Below are positions 37,845-53,674 of a DNA stretch of 64,000 nucleotides, piece by piece. How positions within the stretch are numbered: the stretch's first letter is position 1; each line of letters begins with the position of its first letter. The translations under genes were made by a program, and so were the position numbers. The stretch covers positions 292,827 through 356,826 of the forward strand of contig BDGG01000006.1 of assembly GCA_001949185.1 (NCBI GenBank), given 5' to 3'. The notes under the pieces are model-generated. The model worked only from the letters and a program-made list of their open reading frames with translations. It was not told where the DNA came from and made no database searches. This stretch comes from Ramazzottius varieornatus (taxonomy: Eukaryota; Animalia; Tardigrada).

Positions 37845-39337
37845 GGCTGAGGTTCCTCTTACAATCCGTACCATAAAGCACGGCAGTGACACTGTTGTTT
37901 CTTTCCCTCATCAAAGTTTGAAGTTCCATTCGGGGCGAACGCGGGAAATAGTCTGATGTTGCTTCGCAAACTGTGATTGCATCGCTCGTATGTGCCGTAC
38001 ATTACACGGGTAAGATGGAGCATTTCCGCATCAGCAATTCACCATGATTTGATATTCGGACAGAAAATTACGGGTAGCCAAAGCCTGTCGCATAAGCATT
38101 GTACAAAAAAACGTGCGATGAGCGTGGCGGTTCAGACAGGCAACGATATAGTTATCGAGTATAAAAGTGGATATCAAGGGAAAAGATAACAATGGAATAT
38201 GTGCCGAGGCGAGCTCGCCGTTCATAGTCGGACTTCCAGTTCTGATGACAGTCATCCTTTGACACCAACATACTTGACATCCTTTTTTGACTTTTGAAGT
38301 GTGGCAAGAAGCTGGTCGGATGGGAGCGTCGAGTCGATATAGACTTTCTTGTTGGGAAGGTCGATTTGATAGTCGGATACTCCATTACCTGCAGCAACCT
38401 CTTTCAAACTACATTCGTCGGTATCTCAGAGCGCTGTGTACCTTTCTGCTTCTCCAATATCCTTTGTATAGCTCCCGAGCAACCTTCACAAGTCATCTCC
38501 ACGTTGAACTCGTGCTTCTGAAAAGGCACATAGTGAGTATACGTCGCACGAATCAACAAACCAGCTTAGTGACGCAGTGCAGCTGCTTTTAGCAAGTAGA
38601 ACTGCGCCACGTCAAATGACAACTCACCGTTGCGGCCATGTTGAGTTGTACCTGATGCCAACTTTGCCAACCGTCCTCCGTTCCTTCGAGTGCTGGCGGT
38701 CCCAGGATCACACGGTATAGGTCCAACAAATAACTAGCCTGTCCTACAACGATCGACGAAGATATACTGAGAGACGAGGCCCGAGACACGTTTCCAACTT
38801 TTGAGTTCTAAGTCTGAAAAGTTACGGCCAATGATTCGCTCAATCAAGAAACCACCATTGATTGCAAGTCTCATTCCCTTCCCGGAAAGAGTCAAACGTC
38901 TCGTTTGACGTCAAGGAACTATGCATGACTGATCTACCTGTTCCTGACGTCACTGACCCTACTTAGGTGGAGACGTGTCGAATACTCAGCGAAAAGCTAT
39001 TATCGGGCACTGATGAGCTGAACTTCGCCGACGAAAATTGATTGGCTTGAATGCAGCTGGAGAATTGCGATTGATTGATCGTTCGACACTACATTGAGTG
39101 TGTGCGCGGCGAAGTACTGCAGCTCGTCAGTGTTATCGGGCTTTATCAATTTGTTTGATTTGTTATCATTTCCGTTTGATGGACTTCCATTGCAAAATTC
39201 TCCGCGCACGTTTAATTTTTCCATAGTGTCAACTAGTCTACGTCTTGCCCTCTTAGTGAGCTAGGTGTTATCCCAATGTACCGCCGGAAGTATCCTCTAA
39301 TTGAGCAGAAACGTCGTTATCAGCGCCTGGTTGTTCC

Positions 39338-42300
39338 ATGTTTTCCCCATCGCTTCGCAAACTATGGCATCAGCACTGGATAGCTTTGCTCAATTCCCGA
39401 ACAGCTATTGGATGCGCCATTGTCGGCTCCATAATTCTGCTCGTTTCAGTTCTGCAGCTCGGTGATAGCTTACTGGAATGGAGTACGGCCATCCAAGCTT
39501 ACCGTAAAAGTGCTGACAACATTGCTGGACGATCTTTTGAAGACGAACTCTCTTATTCTGCTCCCATTGATGCCGTGTACACCTGGGTCAATGGCTCGGA
39601 TCCTGAGCATCAGCAGGCGTTGGAAGAGTTCAGGAAGAGTCTTGCCCAGAGCAGCCAGGCAAATAAAGATGAGCAGAACGAAGGAATGACCGGTTAATAA
39701 TTATTACTAATTAAACTGGATATTTACCCTTGGTAGTCTTGTGACGGCGTCCAAATGTTTGCTCAATCAAATTTGTTTGAGCGATCAGCTGATCGCAAAG
39801 TTAGTGTCAAGGTCGGGCCGGAAGTGCGTATCTACGGCCCCAGCACGGCCTTCATTGCAGTTTTGTTTTCTGTTCAACAGGTTTCCGGTGCACTTCCATC
39901 CACTGTGTCCAAGCCAACGCGGTCTGGATCACACCAAGGATATCTCCAGCAGACCTGACCGAAGTGTTCGAAGCATACTCCAACTATACCGAAAGGATTT
40001 TTGGGCCGATAGTGCGATACGAAGTGGGGAACTCGACGCTAGCGCTGATCCCGGAAGCAAAGCCGGAAGTGGCTTTCAGGCTGGACGCGTTGCTGGCCGA
40101 CCGCGTCCTCGACGTCAACGACCATAAACTGGAGTTTCGGTCGGCACATCTGACAGTCCGAACACTGGACGTGAAGAACCCACACTGTGTCGATGTAGAA
40201 TTCGTCAAGATGGTGCTGAACATCCCCGCGACCCTGATATCTGTAGCCGAGAACACAGAAAAAATCAGAGAAACAATACAGGAATCCGTACGGACGAAAG
40301 TAAACATGGTTACCCTGTACAAAGCACAGAATATTGCTGTGATATATTTTAAAGATACTAAAGATGACGACGGAGAGCTGAAAGATTTCCGGGCGTTGTC
40401 CGTCGGAGAGTACGTAATGGACGTTGCCGAAGTGTGTCTGCTGGCTGATGCACATCCGAGCTCGTCCGGCAACGAAATTCGTCTAAGCAGGTTCAAGGTA
40501 TTTAGGAAAAAGTACATTACTGTAGGTTCAAGAATTCTGGTCATTTTGAACGTTGCGTTTTTCTTGAAGGACAATGAGGAGCTGCGTTACTCGTTGAGGT
40601 CACTGCAACAGTACGCAGGGTGGGTTCGTCGAGTCTTCATTGTGACCAATGGACAGATTCCCTACTGGCTGGATCTAAGTAACCCTAAAATGCGCATTGT
40701 TAGTCACGAAGAGATTTTCCGGAACAAGAGTCACTTGCCGACCTTCTCGTCCTCGGCCATCGAATCGCATTTGCACCACATACCCGGTCTTTCAGATAAG
40801 GTACGTCTGCAATTTCTCTCGTTAGAACAGCATGGTCGCTAGTATTTGTAATCTGGGCCTGATCGCTCTTTTAGTTTTTGTACCTGAATGATGACGTTTT
40901 GCTCACTGGCAAAGTTCTGCCCGAAGACTTTTTTTCTCATTCGGAAGGCTACAAGGTAAAAAAGATTCCGCCCTTGTCTTTTGCTATGGATAATGTTTAG
41001 ATGGATCTGTTTATGCGTAGGTTCACCTGGCCTGGCATGTAAGTACGGACAAGTAAGACAAAAGGCCTTTCAACAGTCACGATATTTTGCTATTTTTGGA
41101 AATCTTCGACCCAATCATACGGTGATGTTTGACTGTCTACTTGCTTTTTTACAGGTGCCTTCCTGTGCGGAAGGCTGTCCGGCCAGTTGGATCAACGATG
41201 GCTTCTGCGACGCCACCTGCAACAACGCCCAGTGCAACTTAGATGGCGGCGACTGCGCCAACAAAACTTCGGGCTTTGACATGGATGACGAGGAGGACGA
41301 CTTCCGTCTTCGCAACTCCCTCCCATCCGGTACGACCGCCAGGCCAACCTGCACAGCTCGTTTCCGCTGGGAAATCAAATGTGCCTTTTTTTCTGCCGAT
41401 ATGGTTGACAGGGCCGTGTCGGGCACCAACCTGTCCCAGGATCTTGTCAAAATTTCGTAGAAAAAAGGGCAAAGTTTGCCGAGCGCACTTCTGTAACAGG
41501 GCATAACTGTTATGGCTCACTATCTAACTTGATGGCATATGTTGGTTTCTTGCTTTTGACAGGAACGTGTCACCCTGGTTGTCTGAACGGTTGGCTGGCC
41601 GATCGCTACTGCGACACAGTGTGCAACCACGCCCAGTGCGCTTTCGACGCGGGCGACTGCGGTCTGGATAAGCTGGCCAAGTACCCCCACTTCTTGGTCG
41701 ACAAGCAAGCCACCATGCCAGTATACAAGGTCCCGCCAGGAGAACGCGTTGCTGTCTTCAACACCAGCACCATCTTCGCTGATCGCAATGGCACCTTGAA
41801 AGAGGGCGTATTCAAACAAGCTAAAGGCATTCGTGTCGTCGCGGTCCACCCTCAACGACAAGCCATCGTGCTGTTGCTGCATCCCAACACGACGGGCTCT
41901 TCGCTCTTCACCATAACTTTCGCAGTTCCCGAGGAAAAAACTATTGGGGTAAAAAATAAATGAGTATAAGATTACATCGAATGACAAAAGAATAAAATCA
42001 ATAAAAACAATGGGACAAAAATGGGGATTTTCAAGTGGCGCACGTTTGCAGAGTTTTCGCCTGGAAGCGCCACTGGAAAAAGTCGAACTGTGGAGTTTGT
42101 TTGCCTAGGTTTTCATATAAGGATCAAAAATACTGACACAGAATATCTCACAGGCGCCACTTTGGTTTTTACAGTATGAATTCAAAGTGGAGTTTGACTC
42201 GAGTGAAACCCAGGACGAAGTCACCGACCAAGAAACTTCAACGTTTAGTAGGACTCTTCAGACGTTCGCCACAGTCCCATCAGAGCTGAAGCGTCCGAAG

Positions 42301-43830
42301 CCACGTTTCGACGTTGTGTCGAAGGAGGAAGTAAGGCTGGCGTGGTCGAAGTCCAGCTTGGCGTTAGACGACTTGCAGCGGCTGAAAGTAGCCGGCCAAT
42401 TGACTGAATATGGCTTCGAACGGCGCAGAGCCGCTTTGCTGGGTCTTCCAGTCAACACGTCCATCACCGTCATAACGCGAACACGAAACACTGAAGTAAT
42501 AACAGCCCCCATCACCACTGTCAGTCCAACATCCACAGGCATGAAGAAAATAAAAGATGAAATAACAAGGAGGAACAATCAGAAAAATAAAGTGACCACC
42601 AGGAAAATGTCAGCACACCAGTACAAAGACGCCTACGCCGATTCACTGCGCCACGTCAACCGCCTGTATAACGACGTCTTTGGTATCGAAGCACGCAAGG
42701 TACCGGCCCATGTTCCGCACTTGGTGGACAAGAGCGTTATGGAGGAACTGCAGAGAAAGTTGCCGGCAGAGTTTGACAAGACGTCGGCGACGCGAGTCCG
42801 CAGTGCCAGCGATATGCAGTTTGCCTTCTCCTACTTCTACTACATGATGAGTGTCAAGCAGGACGTGGCCATGGGCCAGATCTTTGATGAGATGGACACG
42901 GACAAGTCGGCAACCTGGGATGAACGGGAAGTCTACTTGGCAGCGCTGAGGTCGATGGGCGAAAGTGATGTGGACAGTGAGAAACAGAGCAAGCGACTTC
43001 GCCAAGCCGTAATAAACTGTACAAGTCAACCTTTGAGTCAGAAGCGGCTCGCCATAAGTAAAAAAGAGATAATGGCCTGCGACAAAGTCAAGGAGATAAT
43101 GCTGCCGACGTGGAACAGCCGGAAAAAGTTTCGATTCAAAACCAATGCTGAATCAACGGTAACCAAACCTACCTGTTAATAAAATTGATTTTTACAAAAT
43201 AAAAACAAATGAAATTCCGTTTCCCAAGAAAATTGAGAAGGAAAGGTTCTTGCTGATTTTAGGAGTTTACGTTTGTGCGAGTATCGAATAATCTGACGAT
43301 GTTGCACAAAGAGCTGGAGGGTATCTTGCGCAAGCCGAAGAAGTATATCTGTATCAACGATGAAGTGGACTACACGCGCGAAGACGCCGATGTGATACAG
43401 TCGACTACCCGCCAATTCTTCCAGCTGCTCTTTCCCAGACCTTCCTCCTTCGAGCTGCCGCCTAATCGACGCAATAACTTTCGGTATATCAGCGAGTTCC
43501 GCCAATGGTGAGCCAAACCTCCTTCGGGTACTGAAAACGTGCCTACTGTATGCCACTGATCTGCTGTTGATTAATTAGGGAGAAAACAAGTGGAATGTAC
43601 CGAAGACTCTTGATCATCGGTTTCGTCCTGGCCTTGCTGACCTTCTTCTGGTTCATTGTGAGTAATGACGGTGTTATCGGCCAGCCTGACTATTGTTTCT
43701 GCTGTCAAGGCTGATTTCGTCGTTGTAGTTTCCGCAGCGGAGGAGGAAGATGTGTCGCAAGGTTCGACAGTGGGTCGCCGCTCCAAGGCACCATGTCGAC
43801 TTTGCCCAGCGCTTCGTCATTGACGCGTGA
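39338..43830 (+). CDS. GNPTAB: GlcNAc-1-phosphotransferase alpha/beta precursor (Stealth family; multi-exon, with an 18-nt micro-exon at 41021-41038)
   Basis: N-terminal [37 protein letters not shown], two LNR repeats (CxxGC..W..D..CD..CN...C..D.GDC), [18 protein letters not shown]-hand DTDKS, KYICIND, C-terminal TM. Confidence 0.93.
41407..41485 (+). repeat. Hairpin element family 2, copy d (GNPTAB intron)
   Basis: GACAGG-gc-CGTG-tcggg-CAC-caa-CCTGTC...aaatttcgtagaaaaaagggcaaagtttgccgagc. Confidence 0.75.
42028..42110. repeat. Palindromic element family 1, copy H (GNPTAB intron)
   Basis: ttttCAAGTGGCGCAC-21 nt-aagcgccactggaaaa, with tail gagtttgtttgcctag. Confidence 0.75.
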
Positions 43831-44879
43831 ACGATCACTGTGAGCCTTCCACTTTCAGCCTTTTTTGGTGTTGTGTGTGTTATAAAGTTACCTGTGATAG
43901 GAATGGGTTGCTTCAATTTTTTCCGGTGAAGCTGCGAGTCTTTCTGCTTACGACGCGTAGTCATCTGCGCGCGCACGCGCAAAAGATTTGAATATAATTT
44001 GAGTTTCATTGGAAGATGTAGATATCCTCGCCTATTGTGCCGCAAACCTGGACTTCATTGGCATATGCATTGCGAAGAACGTAGAGGTGGTCACAATCGG
44101 TATCATCAACTGGAAGCCGGACAAAAATCCAAAATGAAAGACCGTGCAGGGATGCGTTTTGTGCGCTGTAGTCCTGTAGTGCAGCAACGTTTCCCTTCTC
44201 ACTTGGTACTATCACAGTACTGGCGCACAAAGCTGACCAAACACTACTCGCAATGAAATCGCGGTGTAGAGAAACCGTTTTTGCTGATACCTCCGTCCTG
44301 GCTGGGTTTTCGGTTTCTTGCTGCTGAAATTTCAACGTCAAGGGCTATACGATGGTAGATTCACGACGTTTGTTTTTCCCAGAAGACAAAATAACCGTTT
44401 CCTGGCTCGATGCTCGAGGGGAAGGGTGTTACCGCAGCAGGCTAGGGTAACTTCAGGCTTAATCAAGAGCCTAACTCGAGGCAGGGGGATTGTTAGGTTT
44501 ATTAGGGACGTTTTTGTTCATGGGTTAGTACGGATTTTCGCCATGGGACTGTGTTTCCGGTCACGTGATCTCTGGATATCGTTCCCTATGGGGAATTTGG
44601 GGGATGGTGTCAGCAAGAGTACTGTTCAGGACAATTTTCTGAGTAGGATTGACCGATTTAATCTCGTGGGACAAAGAAGGGCAGAAATGATTTCTCGTGC
44701 ATTCTTCAGCCTTAAAATTCTTCTCCCGTTCGCGTACAAATAACTTTTGATTTCTCCTCTATCAGAAATAATCAACATTTGGAAAGTGGACTTTAGATAT
44801 TGCAATACAAGACACCCTGTCACCACTACATTCTGACAGATAGTCATGTCGTTCAAGAGGTATGGCGGTCTGCCGAACT

Positions 44880-45743
44880 TCACCCTATTTGAAACGGTAA
44901 AGCTTCACATATTTTAGGACAAGTCAATGGATTATCGGAACCGGTCGTCCTGTACGCACAGCCATTACCAGGGAGTTTGTTGACACACAGGCAGCGTTCA
45001 ATGTGGCTTCCAACCGACGAGTCACACGGCCCACTGATCGAAGGTTCTTGGGGACAAATCTGTCCACAAGCCAAGGTCTTTCCGCTGCCAGCAGTTCCCT
45101 CCCCATTGAAAGTACAATTCGTATCGGGTTTCCGGCCTGCAGCGATGCAGAGCTCGAGGATGGCGTCCGGGTCAACTGTCGTCGTCGGGGCCGTTGTGGT
45201 CGTCACCGTCTGCACTGATATGGTGGAGGGCACCGTGGCGGTACCAGCAGTTGTAGTTGTAGTTGTGAGCGGCGCACTGGTAGTCGTAGTCGTCGTCGTC
45301 GGTGGCGTGAACACAAAGAGCGATTCCCCAGCGAAGGCATTGGGACCACCCAGGCTGCTGAAATCGGAAAGGCTAAACTGGTTATTGGTCAAGTAGTCAG
45401 GTGTCAGAGGTGGTCCAAACTGGCCGATAACAGGTTGCAACTGAAAGGGGGCTACCACATCGCCGTTGCATTGCTCCTGGCAGCTGAGCGGCAGACCACT
45501 TGAGTCGACGATGACGGGTAGCCAGATGCAGCCGGCTGAAGCAGCTCGACCGGCTAAGGCTTGACATCGAGCGGCGTTGATCTGGCTGCTGGTGATCGGT
45601 ACCAGGCCGTTGTACTGAAAGAACTCGGGGCTGATGATGGGGTTGAAGTTGAAGAACGTTTGACGCTTCCCTCGTAAAAGTTTTCCCTCATTTTCCACTG
45701 TTAAGATGCTTATAACCAGAGTAAGGAAAATATGCTTGTACAT
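44880..45743 (-). CDS. Intronless secreted Cys-rich protein (287 aa), paralogue of 13297-15291
   Basis: Signal peptide, RGKR|Q, homologous 4-Cys N-module CQALAG..GC..LP...DSSG.P..C...C, a poly-Thr stalk, and one 10-Cys repeat (GSHIERCLC...GSDNPLTCPKIC). Confidence 0.9.
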   Translation of the reverse strand: MYKHIFLTLVISILTVENEGKLLRGKRQTFFNFNPIISPEFFQYNGLVPITSSQINAARCQALAGRAASAGCIWLPVIVDSSGLPLSCQEQCNGDVVAPFQLQPVIGQFGPPLTPDYLTNNQFSLSDFSSLGGPNAFAGESLFVFTPPTTTTTTTSAPLTTTTTTAGTATVPSTISVQTVTTTTAPTTTVDPDAILELCIAAGRKPDTNCTFNGEGTAGSGKTLACGQICPQEPSISGPCDSSVGSHIERCLCVNKLPGNGCAYRTTGSDNPLTCPKICEALPFQIG

Positions 45744-46737
45744 GATGTAGAAGATCCAATTCTTGAATTAACAACTGTATTACGTGAAAACACTCCATCT
45801 TGCTTTAATAGTGTTGGATTCAAATTAAGTGATCGGCAAAAGATTAAATTTGTTATTTGGTTGCTTCTGCGTCCGCTCTGGACAATGGCTTCAAACCATG
45901 GAAAATGAAACTGAATAGGATTAACGGCGCAATGCTCCAAATTACGACAGTAGATTGTTGTTGTGAATGAGCGAACGTGAACGAGCGTAACGCCATCCCT
46001 ATTGTCGTCGTAACCAAATGAGCTCCTTGTTGTTGTTTACGTGTGTATGGAGACATGTCATTTCTCGTGCAAGTTGATCAGAGTGGAACCACAGCTTGAG
46101 GTTCGTCATGTCACATCCGCACTTCAGACGTTTCGATCAAAAGAATTCTTGACTGGTAGGTGGTGCGCCAATTGGGGTCACAATTACCCTGCAATGTAGT
46201 ATTGAGTGGCCATAGTAAGATCGCTACGATCGAGATGAGCAACGACGCGCCCGTCAAATTACTTGTGCGGTAACCATTCCGCGCATGAACTGATCTACCA
46301 TCCCATGTGCCACCAGCATCCATTTACCAAAAAACCCCATGGCCAGTTTTTACGGTTGACAATTTCTCGGGGGCTAAGAATGTGGTGGCATTCTGCCTAG
46401 CCTGCCTGCAGATGATCATATTCAGACTTTCTCCGCCGCCATGCTGCTTTCGTGCGGTGTGCCTGACCATGTAGGCCCACCATTCTCCACCAGGATAAGG
46501 CAGGGCTTGATTAGCCTGGAAAGGGACAGTCTTTGAAGACGACATGAAAAGGGATAGCACGCACAGACGGTACAGTGTGCCAAACAGTCCTTCAGCCTGG
46601 AAGACCAGCATCACGTTGGTTCGATCGCGAGCCCCCGTTCACCAACTGTTACATCTTTAAGGGAAGACGTGGCAAATGGTCGGACGCGCCCTCTGGAACG
46701 ATGCCACCCGCTACAAATAATCCGCCACCAACAGTAA

Positions 46738-47106
46738 CGAGAAGATAGCGGACTTGTCAATGCAAAATCGCACGCGAACCTGTCAGCTTTTAGGGCGCGC
46801 GGTGGCGACACGTCCTATTGACTTACCTCCCACAACTTAACGAAACGCGACACGCACGCCCCTAGCGGCTCTCTGAAAAATTTTCCCACAGGCTTTCTAA
46901 CAATGGAAAAACCTCTCTTCCTGTTAGACCCGACAAGACACTCTCTGTATTTTCCTCAGCTTCTGGACCAGTACGGTTAGATTCCGCAAGGTTTCTTCTC
47001 TCTAAAGAGCTGAGAACGAAGCAAAACGACCCAATACTTCGTCAGATCCGACGCTGACAAGTTCGCCATGCGATTTTGCATTAATAAGTCAGCTATGTTC
47101 TCCTCG
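46738..47106. mobile_element. Degenerate mariner-like MITE (~370 bp)
   Basis: ~50-bp imperfect TIRs: gaagatagcggacttgtcaatgcaaaatcgcacgcgaacctgtcagc versus the reverse complement gaacatagctgacttattaatgcaaaatcgcatggcgaacttgtcagc. The right end is cctcg|TA. Confidence 0.7.
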
Positions 47107-48405
47107 TAGTGATGACAATATTAATATGACCGATCTAACATACATAGTATCACTGACTTCAAGGCGAAGCGTGCCGGTTTCCTGAAGAAAAATGGAAGAG
47201 TTCCGCGCTGTTTCAGATTTGGCCTGAGACAGGTGCTGCCACCTCAGCTACCCTCCGGGATCATCCGATATCGCCCTGAAGAGGGCGCCGTGTCATGCAG
47301 AAATATTTCGCACTCAAATTACCCTTTATTGCCGCTCCTGACCATGAAACTAACTCGGAAGAATTGACCGCACCACTGCTCTGACCTCTCAGCGATTTGT
47401 TCCTTCACAGCAGCGTGCCACGCCTTTTTCGCCACGGATACTACGCAAACGTCTAAAGGAATTGTACACTGTTTTTCGCTTCTTGATTATTTATCCTAGG
47501 GAAAATATTTCTACAGGCTAGGTGGAGCATTATTTTGAAGCCGGGGCGACGAGCAGCGGGACAAGTTGACTGTGGGCTATTTGTACTGCTGATTGTAAAT
47601 ATAGACGGAATCGCTGGGCAAACTTGGCCTGCTCTCTTATCGTTAATACGAATACACTCTATGTTTAACCGGCCTGTGTCGACCAGTGCATACGCTGAGC
47701 TGCTTAGGCAGATTAGACTACGCGCTGCGCCGATTACCAACCTGTCAAAGATCGGCACAAAACTTTCTTCACCCATGCTTCCATAGCCTGACTTTTCACA
47801 TCAGCTGCCTGATGAGCTTCTTCTCAAAGTTGCTATCTGCTATGCTCCAGTAAATCTTTGTAGATAGCCACTGCTTGTTTTGCTCTTTGACAGTAAAAAT
47901 TTCGCCTTTTGCGTTTGCGTGAGTTTTGCCGACATAGATTTTCTGAGGATTCAGCCTAGGCACGTGTCGATTCCCTATTCCCTGTCTGGATCATAAACAT
48001 TCTACCTTTATCCCCCATCCTACCAGTTCGATAAGCTGCAAGCACAATGCCGTCTAACCATTGCGCGATGGATCTTCTCCTTCCCTGAAACAGCTTCGAC
48101 CGGGTCTCTGAAATTCGTTCGCGAAAGAAGTCGATGTGAGTACTGTTGCGCTGGCCATTGTCCATTTCCTAACCGTGTTACTCCGGACTTTCATCATGCG
48201 TAAACAGTATTGTTGCGGCAATGACGATAGGTCTTACAGCGAAACCGATATCGATTGTGTAACACAGTACATATGCCAGAAGCCGATTTGAAAATGGAAT
48301 TCAACTGGGATTATCCAAGTTCTGTTCTGGCGACTTGATCAATTAATGCAGAGTGTGGTTGCAGGTTGCGAGTCTGGGAGAGGAGCTGTTTGGTTTGACG
48401 ATGCC

Positions 48406-53037
<4,632 letters not shown>

Positions 53038-53674
53038 ACTTTTGTGCACTTATTTTTACTGCATATTATCGCATACTGGACATGTGCCTCTCTTACCGTT
53101 ATAAAACTAACGTTTTCTTTTCTGGTGGTTCCAGAGGTGGAATTCATATCTGCTTGAAATTAGCAGTCAGGAATCCGTCGCGTAGAAATTTTCTAGACAG
53201 GAAAAGGCGGGCTTGCTACGTTATCTGTGGCAGACAGTCATTGCTCAAAGCTCGTAATCAACAGGCTGGGCGAGGCAGCATGGCTGACTCACTTCAGGGT
53301 TGAATATGCTGACGCAATGGGGTCTTGCATTCTTCTATCACTCTCCATTTCCTTTGCTTGCGAAGTCAGCCATCCAATTTCGAACAATATCGCAGCTGTG
53401 ATACCCCAGTCAGCTGTGATTACGCCTTATTTATCATGTGCTCTAAAAACGAGATGGAATTTACATGTTCTCAAATTGTGGTCACGTTGCAAACTTGCGC
53501 CAAAGCCCGGTCCTTGGAATATTGAAACTGGATCCCGAATCGGACAGTCTTTGTGCTTTGTACTTTGGGTGATGGTCGAGTGCGAAGCGCACCATACTTT
53601 CATCGAGCATTGGATTGTTAAAGAGTGTCTTCTGTTTCCATTCTGGCTGAAGTAGTCCGGATCAGCATAAGGAA

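Noticed and set aside
44430-44620. G-rich tract with tagggt/ttaggg words as an interstitial telomere
   Set aside because: The words are scattered with no tandem periodicity.
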